A DNA stretch of 64,000 bases from a bacterium (GCA_021811315.1 JAJZPF010000010.1:3109-67108), one strand, 5' to 3'. Counted from the stretch's first letter, positions 17,139 through 26,900 are shown. The notes: generated by a model from the sequence alone, not told the origin. Translations and numbers: made by a program.

Positions 17139-18100
17139 GGTTTGCCTCCCGCCTGCTTCAGGGCGGCCGCGGCGGCGGCCGCCGCGAGAGTCCGCGCGTT
17201 CTCCGCCGCGCGGTTGAATTCCATCAGGAGCTCTTCGAGGGCGCGGGAGTCGTCCGCGGCGTCGGCGGGCTTGAGGCGGGCGAATTTCACGAGGTCCGAC
17301 TTCTGCAGCAGTTCCCTGGTCCTGAGCGCGGTCTTTATGTCGGCCCCGGTCTTCTTAAGCTCGCGGCCCAATACCGGGGTGGTCATCTGGGCGGCGTCGA
17401 TAGAAAATTCCTCGGCCAGGTAGAAGCGGAGCACGGAGGCGAGGCCGGTATAGAATTCTTTCAGCTTGCCGGCGGCGGCCAGCGGGGATTTCTCGAGCCC
17501 GTCCAGGCGGTCGCGGGCCCGCTGGTAGGGGGAGCGGGCGTCCAGCCAGGCGGCGCCCGGGGTTCCCGCCGCCGCCCGCCCGCGGCGGCGGTAGAAATAG
17601 AACGCCGCGGCGGCGGCGAGCGCGAGCGCCAGGAGCCAGAGCCAGGGGACGTAGCGGAAGGGCGGGTAGATGTCGCGGATGCCTTCCCCCTCCTTGGTCT
17701 TGAAGAGGGGCAGAACCTTGACGGTAAAGGAGGAACTCGTCACTTCCGCGCCGGGCGGGGCGCCGGCGCCCCCGAGGCGCCAGGAGAGGGCGGGGAAGGT
17801 GCTTATTCCGAGGGCGAAGGCCTTCGCCTCGACCTCGAAGGTCTGGGTCTTGCGGCCGTCCTTTTTCGCTTCGCCTGACCTGGTAAAGGAGACCAGTTCG
17901 AACCCCGAGCCCTCCGGGGTGGAGGTATCCGGCCTAAGGGAATAGTTTTCCGGGAGCGAAGCCTCGACCTTGAACTTGAAAGAGTCGGCCAGCTTTATCA
18001 CGCCCGACGGAGGAGTTACGGTCAGGGACACGGCCTCCTGCGCCGCGGCGGGCGCGGCGGCGAGGAAAGCGGACAGGAGCAGGGTGGTCGTTCGCCTCAT
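17135..18100 (-). CDS. Bat-operon membrane protein (BatD-like N-terminal region plus a DUF4381-like TM/cytoplasmic region)
   Basis: Signal peptide, then IRDIYPPFRYVPWLWLLALALAAAAAFYFYRRR; occupies the conserved slot between DUF58 and batA. Confidence 0.6.
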   Translation of the reverse strand: MRRTTTLLLSAFLAAAPAAAQEAVSLTVTPPSGVIKLADSFKFKVEASLPENYSLRPDTSTPEGSGFELVSFTRSGEAKKDGRKTQTFEVEAKAFALGISTFPALSWRLGGAGAPPGAEVTSSSFTVKVLPLFKTKEGEGIRDIYPPFRYVPWLWLLALALAAAAAFYFYRRRGRAAAGTPGAAWLDARSPYQRARDRLDGLEKSPLAAAGKLKEFYTGLASVLRFYLAEEFSIDAAQMTTPVLGRELKKTGADIKTALRTRELLQKSDLVKFARLKPADAADDSRALEELLMEFNRAAENARTLAAAAAAAALKQAGGKP

Positions 18101-18984
18101 AGTAGCTTGAAATTCTTTTTGCGCTGGCGGAAGAATTTTACCACCGGGCCGTGCACGGGCAGGGCCGGGTCGACGTCTATCCAGTCGGAGCCGGTGGAAC
18201 GCAGGACCGCCTCCATGGCCGCGCGGCGGGCGGCGGCCGCGGCCGCGTAAGCCGCGCGGTAGCCGGGGCTGGAGAGGTCGGCGGTGAAATGTTCCCCGCC
18301 CTCGAGCTGTTCGGTGACCAGCAGGGCGCGGGCCTCGGGCAGCGCGCGTTCGAAGCGGTCCGTGATCACCACGGGGATCAGGTCGTGGCGGCGGGCGGTC
18401 AGGCGCGCCTCCCTGGTGTAGTCCGGGGCGTTGAAGTCGGAGATCAGGATGATGATGCCGCGCCGCTTCATCACCCTGTTGGCCATTTTTAGCGCCATCG
18501 CGATGTCGGTGCCGCGGCTCTTCGGCGCGTAAGCCAGAAGTTCGCGGATGATGCGCAGGCTGTGGTTCTTGCCCTTGCGGGGCGGGATGTAAAGTTCCGT
18601 CTTGTCGCTGAAGAGCAGCAGGCCGCTCTTGTCGCTGTTCTTGAGCGCCGAGAAAGCGAACATGGCCGCCAGCTCGGCGGCGGCCTCGCTCTTTGGCTTC
18701 GCGGAAGAGCCGAAGGACTGCGACGCGGAAATGTCGCAGAGGATCATCAGCGTCAGCTCGCGCTCCTCGATGAACTGCTTCACGAAAGGCTTGGAGTTGC
18801 GGGCGGTCACGTTCCAGTCGATGGAGCGGACGTCGTCGCCGGGCACGTATTCCCGCACTTCCGAGAATTCGACGCCGCGGCCCTTGAACACGCTCTGGTA
18901 CTGGCCGGCGAAAGTCTCGCTGACCAGGCGCCCGGTCTTGATCTCTATCTGCCGGACCTTTTTAAGAATTTCAGCTGTGTTCAT
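18097..18984 (-). CDS. DUF58 domain protein (MoxR-associated, VWA-like)
   Basis: FKGRGVEFSEVREYVPGDDVRSIDWNVTAR; start set at the ATG at 18984 because the TTG at 19008 lies inside the repeat array. Confidence 0.85.
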   Translation of the reverse strand: MNTAEILKKVRQIEIKTGRLVSETFAGQYQSVFKGRGVEFSEVREYVPGDDVRSIDWNVTARNSKPFVKQFIEERELTLMILCDISASQSFGSSAKPKSEAAAELAAMFAFSALKNSDKSGLLLFSDKTELYIPPRKGKNHSLRIIRELLAYAPKSRGTDIAMALKMANRVMKRRGIIILISDFNAPDYTREARLTARRHDLIPVVITDRFERALPEARALLVTEQLEGGEHFTADLSSPGYRAAYAAAAAARRAAMEAVLRSTGSDWIDVDPALPVHGPVVKFFRQRKKNFKLL

Positions 18985-18994
18985 AGAAAAATAA

Positions 18995-19076
18995 GAGTCG
19001 AGGGTCAAGAGTCAGGGGTCGGGGGTCAGGAGTTCTGTGATTCTAGATCCTTGACTCCCGACTCTCGACTCCCGAC
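18995..19076. repeat. Inverted heptamer arrays: purine-rich (GAGTCGA GGGTCAA GAGTCAG GGGTCGG GGGTCAG) facing pyrimidine-rich (TTGACTC CCGACTC TCGACTC CCGAC); potential long imperfect hairpin
   Basis: Read directly; lies between the moxR stop (19082) and the DUF58 start (18984). Confidence 0.8.
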
Positions 19077-19081
19077 AGTTC

Positions 19082-20071
19082 TTACGGCACTTCTACGGCT
19101 TCGAAGATGCTCTTCAGTATATCTTCGGAGCCGATATTCTCGGCCTCGGCCTCGTAGGTGAGGAGTATGCGGTGGCGCATCACGTCGAAGCCCACGGCCT
19201 TGATGTCCTCGGGCGTCACGTAGCCCCGGCCGTTGATGAACGCGTAGGCCTTGGCGGCCTGGATCATGAAGATGGTGGCGCGCGGGCTGGCGCCGTAGTT
19301 TATCCAGGGCTTGATCTTCTCGAGGCCGTGCTTCTCCGGCTCGCGGGTGGCTATCACGAGGTCCAGGACGTAATTCTTGATCTTGTCGTCCACGTAGATC
19401 AGGTCGGCGGTCTGGCGCGCTTTCAGCACCTGCTCGATGCTTACCGCTTTGCCCGCGGCCGGCAGGGTCTGGCGGGCCATCAGTTCCAGGACGCGGGCTT
19501 CCTCCGTCTTCGTCGGGTAGGTGATGTTTATCTTCAGCATGAAGCGGTCCACCTGCGCTTCGGGCAGCGGGTAGGTTCCTTCCTGCTCTATCGGGTTCTG
19601 GGTGGCCAGCACCATGAAAAGGTCAGGCAGCTTGTAGGTGGAATCGGAGATGGTGACCTGCCGCTCCTGCATGCCTTCCAGGAGCGCGCTCTGCACCTTG
19701 GCCGGGGCGCGGTTTATTTCGTCGGCGAGCAGGATATTGGCGAAGATGGGGCCTTTGCGCACCGAGAAGGTGCCTTCTTTCGGGTTGAAGATCAGCGTGC
19801 CGGTGATGTCGGCGGGGAGCAGGTCCGGGGTGAACTGGATGCGCTGGAAAGTGGACGAGATCGCCTGGGCCAGCGTCTTTATGGTCAGGGTCTTGGCCAG
19901 GCCGGGCACGCCCTCCACCAGCACGTGGCCGTTGGCGATAAGCCCTACGAGGAGGCCGTTTATCAGGTCCTCCTGCCCGACTACCACCTTTGCCAGTTCC
20001 TTGCGGAGGTCCTGGATGAAAAGCGCGTCCTGCTGAATTTTCTGGTTCAGTTTGGAGATTTCCGAGTCCAT
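19082..20071 (-). CDS. moxR: MoxR-family AAA+ ATPase
   Basis: VLVEGVPGLAKT (Walker A), LLADEINRAPAKVQSALLEGMQE; start set at the ATG at 20071 (AAGGA upstream) because the TTG at 20164 is the -35 hexamer of a promoter. Confidence 0.9.
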   Translation of the reverse strand: MDSEISKLNQKIQQDALFIQDLRKELAKVVVGQEDLINGLLVGLIANGHVLVEGVPGLAKTLTIKTLAQAISSTFQRIQFTPDLLPADITGTLIFNPKEGTFSVRKGPIFANILLADEINRAPAKVQSALLEGMQERQVTISDSTYKLPDLFMVLATQNPIEQEGTYPLPEAQVDRFMLKINITYPTKTEEARVLELMARQTLPAAGKAVSIEQVLKARQTADLIYVDDKIKNYVLDLVIATREPEKHGLEKIKPWINYGASPRATIFMIQAAKAYAFINGRGYVTPEDIKAVGFDVMRHRILLTYEAEAENIGSEDILKSIFEAVEVP

Positions 20072-20135
20072 AGGTTGGTCCTTGTTTTCTTCGGTTTTTT
20101 CCGGGCGGTCCGGGGCGACCTCCCGCGGTCCTGAA

Positions 20136-20164
20136 ATTCTAAAAAAACGGGATTTTTTTGTCAA
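20136..20164 (-). promoter_or_regulatory. Sigma70-type promoter TTGACA-N17-TAGAAT upstream of moxR
   Basis: Minus strand reads TTGACAaaaaaaatcccgttttttTAGAAT; about 65 nt upstream of the ATG at 20071. Confidence 0.55.
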
Positions 20165-20191
20165 GCCGGGTTCCCGCGCCCCGGCCTCCGG

Positions 20192-20815
20192 CTACTCTAT
20201 CCGGAAGAGGGGCTTGGAATCCAGCTCGCGCAGCTGCTGCTCTTTGTGCGCCTCTATGTCCAGGCGGATGCGGTTCACCGCCTCTATGGCCTTGAGGCGC
20301 ACTTCCTCGTCGTAGTCCTGCAGGGCGGGCTTCAGGGCGGGGATGGCTTCTTTGTTCTGAAAGGTGCCGATGGCCTGTATGGCGGCCAGGCGGGTTTCTT
20401 TGTCGTAGTCCTTAAGCCCCTCGGTGAGCAGGGCCAGGCTGAGTTTGGTCTTGTCCTTGGAAAGCATGGTTATGAGGCTTTTTTTCACGAAGAGCTCGGT
20501 TTCGTTCTCGAACATATTCTTCACTACGCCGGGGGCGCTCTCGTCCTGCAGCTGCCAGAGCAGCTCGGCCGCGGCGAAGCGCACCTTTTCATTGGAGTCC
20601 TGCGTAAGGCTGCGGAGGGTCTTAAGTGTCTCCATTGAGAATTTTATAAGGTAGGTCTTTTCCGGCTTTACCGGCAGGCCGGGGTCCGGCAGGGAGGTGA
20701 TCTCGTCCTTTTTCGCCAGCTGCTGCATTTCTTTCTTTTTCGCCTCGTTCTTGTTCTGGTTCACCAGGTAGAAGACGCCGGCGAGAAAGATAAGAACCAT
20801 CAAAATCCATTTCAT
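20192..20815 (-). CDS. HEAT-repeat protein with an N-terminal membrane anchor
   Basis: Repeats of the type EKVRFAAAELLWQL, ETRLAAIQAIGTF, EEVRLKAIEAVNRI. Confidence 0.65.
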   Translation of the reverse strand: MKWILMVLIFLAGVFYLVNQNKNEAKKKEMQQLAKKDEITSLPDPGLPVKPEKTYLIKFSMETLKTLRSLTQDSNEKVRFAAAELLWQLQDESAPGVVKNMFENETELFVKKSLITMLSKDKTKLSLALLTEGLKDYDKETRLAAIQAIGTFQNKEAIPALKPALQDYDEEVRLKAIEAVNRIRLDIEAHKEQQLRELDSKPLFRIE

Positions 20816-21123
20816 AGTGCGATCCTTTTGAAGCTAAGCCGCAGTTTTCCCCCGCGCGTTTCGGCGCGCGCTATCTCCGGGTCGTTCATCTTTTTCCAGC
20901 CCTTGCCGGCGGCCGCTTCAAAAGCCGGTTTTTCGAGGCGCGCGGCTCCGGGGCTCTTAACCACTACAGGGGCCCGGGCGCGGAAAAAGCCTATCCCCCA
21001 GCCGTCGTCCTGGAACCTTCCTTTTACGGCGCCGGCCTGCGCGAGCAGGCTTTTTGGATTCCCGTAAAGAAGGTCCCGGCTTGAAGCCGGGCGGGAAGAC
21101 AGGGCCGCGGTTATTCTGCACAT
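20812..21123 (-). pseudogene. Truncated class-II (Ntn) glutamine amidotransferase N-terminal fragment (103 aa)
   Basis: MCRITAALS...LLYGNPKSLLAQA...DDGWGIGFF...VVKSPGAA matches the start of YafJ-type GATase-2 domains, with Cys at position 2. It ends after about 100 aa, whereas the domain is roughly 250 aa. Confidence 0.45.
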
Positions 21124-21157
21124 AAGTATAGATATTAAAACAATTTTGCGAGGGGTA

Positions 21158-21185
21158 TTCAAATACTTCGCGAAGTTGATATAAT
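21158..21185 (+). promoter_or_regulatory. Candidate promoter TTCAAA-N16-TATAAT with an upstream TG (TGaTATAAT)
   Basis: Read directly in the divergent intergenic region, 36 nt upstream of the ATG at 21222. Confidence 0.45.
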
Positions 21186-21221
21186 TAAACGACAGAATGT
21201 TTACGCATAGTTAGCGGGCAG

Positions 21222-22121
21222 ATGGGGTTAACAATGGAAAACAACGATTTTGATCTTAGGCCGCTGCCGGAAATCCCCGGCCAGGACGACGGCTCTTTCC
21301 GCGGGGCGGAAGGCCCGGTCCCGGCCGGGTTCAACGAGCGCTTCGTGGCTTATGTGGCGGACGCCCTGCCTTTCGTGCTGGCCGCTTCAGTGACGTTCAA
21401 GCTGGCTGTTAAGGCGGGACTTTTCCCCTATACCACGGGCAAGGAGTGGCTCTGGAAGCTGCTCTGGATAGGTCTCTATATTATTTATGAAACTATTTTT
21501 TCCAGCGGCGGCCGGGCCACGCTGGGCAAGTACCTGCTGAACATCCGGGTAAAGGCCAGCGACGGGGGCGACCTCCCGCTGTCCAGGGCCTTTGTAAGGT
21601 CCTTCGCTTATTTCCTGAGTTCCGCCACTTTTAACCTGGGCTACCTGATGGCGCTGTGGACCGAGAACAAGAGGGCTCTCCATGATTACGTCGCCGGAAG
21701 CCGCGTCGTAAGCATCAGGGAGCGCAGCGATTGGGGCAACGGCATCGTGCTCGCCTTCTCCTGGGGCATGATGGTGATACTGGCCGGGACCTGGCTGAAT
21801 AACACGGTGCTCAAGGTTACGCCGGCCGAGAAAAAGCAGGTGGTAGCGGCGCACCGCACTATCTCGAAGCTGGCTACCCTGGAAGAAATATACATGAAGC
21901 GGGAAGGCCATTATACGAACGACCTGCGCAAGCTGGCGGACCTTACCGGAAACGTTAACGCCGTCAGGGCCGAGCTTTTCCAGACCCTCGCGCCGGACAC
22001 GCTCATAATCTCCTCCAATGGCCGCAGGTTCCTTATAACCGCGAAGGCCAGGAACTGGCGGAAGACCGAGGTCCGCATCCCGTCCAGGGTGGACGCCCCC
22101 GAGCCGCCCCTCATCCAATAA
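21222..22121 (+). CDS. RDD-family membrane protein with a C-terminal soluble extension
   Basis: GGRATLGKYLLNIRV...RALHDYVAGSRVV is a typical RDD-domain pattern flanked by TM helices. Confidence 0.75.
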   Translation: MGLTMENNDFDLRPLPEIPGQDDGSFRGAEGPVPAGFNERFVAYVADALPFVLAASVTFKLAVKAGLFPYTTGKEWLWKLLWIGLYIIYETIFSSGGRATLGKYLLNIRVKASDGGDLPLSRAFVRSFAYFLSSATFNLGYLMALWTENKRALHDYVAGSRVVSIRERSDWGNGIVLAFSWGMMVILAGTWLNNTVLKVTPAEKKQVVAAHRTISKLATLEEIYMKREGHYTNDLRKLADLTGNVNAVRAELFQTLAPDTLIISSNGRRFLITAKARNWRKTEVRIPSRVDAPEPPLIQ

Positions 22122-22164
22122 TAAGCCGCCGGCCGGGTTTCTCCCGGCCCGGGGCAAATAAAAA

Positions 22165-22195
22165 GCCCCGCGCCTGCCGCGCGGGGCTTTCTTTT
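22165..22195. terminator. Bidirectional Rho-independent terminator between convergent genes
   Basis: AAAAA-GCCCCGCGC-ctgcc-GCGCGGGGC-TTTCTTTTT. Confidence 0.7.
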
Positions 22196-22214
22196 TAACC
22201 GGCTTCGCCTCCGG

Positions 22215-22712
22215 CTATACCCTGTTCTTTTCCGAGCCGCTCTGGCAGGCCATGCAGTAGCGGGCCGAAGGCAGCGCCTTGATGCGCTTCTTCTCTATGA
22301 TATTCTTGCAGTGTTCGCAGAGGCCGTAGGTTCCCTTTTCCATCTTGCGCAGCGCCGCTTCTATGTCGCGCAGGATCTTCCGCTCGTTGTCGGAAAGCTC
22401 GAACAGGATCTCCTTGTCCAGGCTCTGCGTGGCCTGGTCGATGGAGTCCCCCACTTCGGGCTCGAGCAGGTCCAGGTTCTTCTTGTCCTCTACGTTCTTG
22501 GCGATGTCGGTCTTCATTTCGCTGAGGCCGGCCGCGATCTCGGCCAGCTCGGCCTTTGTGAGCGCCTCGGACGCCGAGGTCTTTTTAGGCGCGGAGGGCT
22601 GCGCGGCTTTCACGGCCGGGGCCCGGTGGGGCGCCGATAGTATTTTGGCCGCTTTCTTAACGGGGGCTTTTTTTACCGCCGCTTTTTTAACCGTCTTTTT
22701 CATTTTTTTCAT
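22215..22712 (-). CDS. DksA/TraR-family C4 zinc-finger protein with a Lys/Ala-rich N-terminal extension
   Basis: GTYGLCEHCKNIIEKKRIKALPSARYCMACQ; N-terminus MKKMKKTVKKAAVKKAPVKKAAK. Confidence 0.8.
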   Translation of the reverse strand: MKKMKKTVKKAAVKKAPVKKAAKILSAPHRAPAVKAAQPSAPKKTSASEALTKAELAEIAAGLSEMKTDIAKNVEDKKNLDLLEPEVGDSIDQATQSLDKEILFELSDNERKILRDIEAALRKMEKGTYGLCEHCKNIIEKKRIKALPSARYCMACQSGSEKNRV

Positions 22713-22929
22713 AAGGCTCCATATCTGCGATAGCGATGCTGCCGAGTGCTGAAAATCTGCGGCGGACGGCGCCGTTCCCGCGGGTAATTCCGGCTTAACA
22801 ATCTATATTATTTGCCGTGGGGTGTCAACCAGGCTGGCGGAAGCGGGGAGCCGGAAAAAACGGCTCCGCCGGGGTCTTGCGGCGGGCGCGGTCCCGCCGC
22901 GCCGGTCCGGCCGGCTTTTAAGCTGCTCT

Positions 22930-23988
22930 TTATTTGAACGAGACGCCCTTCATCTTGGTGAAGACCGTGCGGTCGCGGCGCTGGAAGATCGGGCTGCGGA
23001 AAGGGAAATCGAAAGTGAGCGAGATCCGGTGGGTGGTGCCCAGCTCCCCCATCGGGGCGTAAGCGTAGTCCAGGCTGAAGAAGTGCAGCGTGGCTCCGAG
23101 CCCTATGGAGAGGCCGCCCAGGCCGTCGCTCATCTGCTGCGCGTTGAGGCCGCCGCGGATGCAGAGGCGGGTGAGCTCGTTGGGGGTGGTCGCCAGCTCC
23201 ACGCCGAGCAGCACGTTGGGCTGGTTGTTCTTGGGCAGCACCACGTCGGTGGCTACCAGGAGGTTGCGGAAAGGGTTCACCGCCGCGCCCAGCTTGAAGG
23301 TGAGCGGCAGGGGGTTGGATTCCTTGTCGTAAGTGAGGCCCCCGCCCATATTGGTCGCGGTGACGGCCAGGCGGTAGGGGATGTCGCCGAAGTTGTAGGT
23401 CATGATGCCCACGTCGCCGGCGTAGCTCTTCGCGGAGTCCACTATGCTGGATTTTATGTATTTGAGGGAGACGCCCACCGACACGTCGATGTCCTTGTCC
23501 GAGAACTCGAGTATGGCCTTGCTGTAGGACAGGGTGAAGACCTGGTCGCGCGGGGTGAAGCTGCCGGACGGCATGATGCCGCCGGAGATATCCGTTTCCG
23601 TTATGGCGCCGATGTCGGTGAGCAGCACCGAGCCGGCCATTACGGAGTCGTAGGAGAGGCGGTGCGCGTAGGCGGCGTACTGGTAGCTTATTTCCTCCAG
23701 GTACTGGGCGCGCATGAAGACGGCGGAAAGCTTGGGGATCTGGACGAGGCCGGCCGGGTTCCAGTAGACGGCCGAGGCTTCGTCGCTTATGGCGGAATAG
23801 GCGCCGCCCATGGCCGCCGCCCTGGCCCCTGCCGCCAGGTTCAGGAAGTCGGCCGTGGTGGTGCCCGCCGCTTTGCTGGAAAAATACCGGGGATCCTCGG
23901 CGGCGAAAAGCGGGTCGGAAAAAGAGAAAGCCAGGCCGGCGGCCGCCAGTGAGGCCGTGAGGACCGCTTTGGTGTAAGTCTTTTTCAT
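22930..23988 (-). CDS. PorV/PorQ-like outer-membrane beta-barrel protein
   Basis: Signal peptide, then GARAAAMGGAYSAISDEASAVYWNPAGL and alternating beta-strand patterns ending in F; begins 4 nt after the giant gene stop. Confidence 0.7.
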   Translation of the reverse strand: MKKTYTKAVLTASLAAAGLAFSFSDPLFAAEDPRYFSSKAAGTTTADFLNLAAGARAAAMGGAYSAISDEASAVYWNPAGLVQIPKLSAVFMRAQYLEEISYQYAAYAHRLSYDSVMAGSVLLTDIGAITETDISGGIMPSGSFTPRDQVFTLSYSKAILEFSDKDIDVSVGVSLKYIKSSIVDSAKSYAGDVGIMTYNFGDIPYRLAVTATNMGGGLTYDKESNPLPLTFKLGAAVNPFRNLLVATDVVLPKNNQPNVLLGVELATTPNELTRLCIRGGLNAQQMSDGLGGLSIGLGATLHFFSLDYAYAPMGELGTTHRISLTFDFPFRSPIFQRRDRTVFTKMKGVSFK

Positions 23989-23992
23989 AAAC

Positions 23993-26900
23993 TTACCTTT
24001 CCACCGCCAGCTTGAAAACTTTCTTGCCGGAGCTGGCGTCCACCACCACCAGGTAGATGCCGCTGGCCACCTGGTAGCCGGACTTGTTGACGCCTTTCCA
24101 GATCACGACGCCGGTGGTGCCCGAGGTGGTTTCCCAGACCTTGTCGCCGGAGAGGGTGTAGATGCGCACCTTGGCGCTGGCCGGGATCTTGTCGATGGTC
24201 ACGAAGCCCTGGCCGCGGTTGGGGTAGAAAGGGTTGGGGTAGATAAGCACGCCGGCCAGGTTCGAGGCCGCGACGCGCTTCATGAGCTGGAACAGGCTGA
24301 AGTGGTTGAGCGTGGCCTTTATCGTGCGGTCGCCCACGCTCACCACCGTTTCCAGCGGCAGGCACTGCTGCGTGTCCGGGTTGTAGCGGGCCAGGACTAT
24401 CTGGGAGGCGTTCGTGATGATATCGTTCTTGGTCGCGTCAGCGTCCTTGTCGAAATGCAGGGTGAAAGTTACAGGGCTCTGGGGCTGGGCGCCGTTCTCG
24501 GAGAAGATCTCCACCCCCACCGGTATCCCGCCGGGGAGGTAGCCGCAGTCGTTGCGGGTGGAGGAAGAGATGGCTATCGCGGTCTTCGCGGGGAAGGAGG
24601 CGGCCGGGATGTACATATCCACGGTGCGGTTGTTCGGGAGGCTGCCGGAGATGGTGGCCGCCGCGTACGGGTCGCTGGTTCCGCCTATCGAGCCGGACGG
24701 CGCGCCGCTTGGCCCCGCCAGCGTGAAGGCGGCCGGGGCGCGCTTGCGGGCCGTCACGGCGTACTCGCCGTTGCGGGCGGCCACGTCGAAATAGTAGGTG
24801 GTGGAGGTGAGCAGGCCGTTCACGAAGGCCGTATTGGCGGTGAGATAGCGGGCGAACTCCACGGGGGTCGTTATCGGGGCGGAGAAGTTCTCGTTGGTGG
24901 AGCTGCGGATCTCGTAGATGGTCTCGCCGGAATTATCTTCGGTGTCCCACTGCAGCGTGATCCCTGACATGGAGATGTCGGTGGCGGCGAGGCTGGCCGG
25001 AACCTTGGCCAGCGTGTATTTAGAGCCCAGGTTCAGGGTCGTTCCCTCTATGCCGTCGCCGTTGATGGGCGTGAGGCGCAGGTAGTAGCGGACATTGGGG
25101 GACAGGTTGGTGAAGGAGAAAAAGCTGTCCGTGGTCTCGAGGGTGTTCGGCGCGGAGAAAGTGCTGTCGAGCGAGCCCGTCAGCCTGTAAACGGTCCAGG
25201 TGGAGTTGCCGTTGGTTATCCAGTTCGCGTTGATGCTGCCGGTGCTGACATTGGTGTAAATGTTGGGCGTGGCGGGGAGCGCCGCCACCGTGAGCGTGAA
25301 GACCGGCGCCGCCCAGGAAATGGGGCCTCTTATGGGGCCGCTCCCTTCCGAGTCGTTGACGGCGTCTACGGCCGCCTGGTAGCTCCTGTTGGCCAGGAGG
25401 CCGGTCTGCGAGAAACTGCCGGCGGTGGCCGAGCCCAGGAAGACGGCGTTCATGCTGCCCGCCGTGATATCGTAGACCTCGTAGTAAGTGGCGCCGAGCG
25501 CGTCGTCCCAGGACCAGTTGATGGTAGAGCTGCTCAGGGCCTCTCCGGTAAAGTTGTTCACCGCGCTCACCGTTATCGTGGTGGCGTAGTTGGTAAAGTC
25601 CGTAATTATACCCGCGCCGTTTTTGGCCCTGACGCGGAAGTCGTACTTCTGATTTGCGGAGAGCGCCGCTATTACGGTGGAGGTGCTCGTGTAATTCACG
25701 CTGAAAGGGACCGGCGTGGAAATATCCAGCGTGCTGGAGAATGGAGGCGCCTTGGCCGGGGACATGGAGACTTCGTAGGTCGTGATCTCGGAGTTGTTGT
25801 TCCGGGTCCATTCCAGCGCGGCGGTCTCGAAGCTGGCGGCGGTTATGTTGAGCGGGGTGGGAACGGCCGCAAGCGTGTAATAAGTGGTGGACTTTGAGAG
25901 CGCCCCGTTGCCGCCCAGATTGTAGGCCGAGACCATGACCGAGGCCGCGGTGTTGGGCGCCAGGCCCGTCTGGGTATAGAAGACGGTGTTGGAATCGTTG
26001 AAGAACGCGACGGTGGTTATGAACAAGCTGTCCGTGGCCGAATAGACGTTGTAGCCGTCGGCGGAGGTCACGTTCCCGCGGTTCCAGGACCAGGTGATGG
26101 AGCTCACCCCGAGCACGGTGCCGGTGGCGACCGAGGGCGTGCCGTCGGGGCGGGCAACGGTCACCTGCACGGTGCGGCCGTCGGAGAAGACGCCGTTGGC
26201 CGCCACGCGCATATTGTAAAAGCCGTGAGGAAGCTCGCCGGCGGCCGTGGGCATGACGACGGAGATGGAGGAAAGGGTGGTTTCCCAGGCGGTATTCGGG
26301 CCGCCGTACCAGGAATAGATCCTGGTGGAAAGCTCCGTTATGAAGCCGCTGGGATTGTCCAGCTGCTGGATGTAGATCCGCGGGTTGCTCTGCGAGGAAT
26401 TCGCCGGGCCGGCGGCGCCGCCGGAGGCTTCCGAGATGCCGTGGAAATTGGAGGTGTTGCTGAGCAGCGTGACATTGTGGCCCTGGTTGAACAGAAGCGT
26501 GCTGGAGGAGATGGTCGGCTGCCTTACTATCTCGGCATCCAGCCCGTCGGTGTCGGGAGAGAAAGAGAAGTAAGCCAGGTCCGTGGTGTCCAGGCACTTG
26601 GAGCCGTCCCAGCCGCCTATATTGAGGACGTAATTATCCTTGGTGAGCACCGTGGTATGGTTGGCCCGGCCCGAGGTCATTTCGGACTGGAGGCTGAAGA
26701 CGGGGAAGTCGGGGTCGAAACCCTCGGCCAGGGTGAGGGAATACCCGGGGGTCTCTCCGCCGGTGATCATGATCTTGCCGTTGGGCAGGAGCAGGCTGCG
26801 GTGGTTGGCCCTGTCCATGTTCAGCAGCGGCAGGTACGTCCAGGCGCCCGCCGTATAGATCTCGGCGGTTATCTGGCTCAGGTAGTTATTGGAGCCGCCT

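Noticed and set aside
19082-20164. Longer N-terminal extensions of moxR (TTG at 20164) and the DUF58 gene (TTG at 19008)
   Set aside because: The moxR extension starts on the TTG of a TTGACA -35 hexamer and reads through the promoter. The DUF58 extension is the heptamer repeat read as protein. Internal ATGs give canonical-length proteins.
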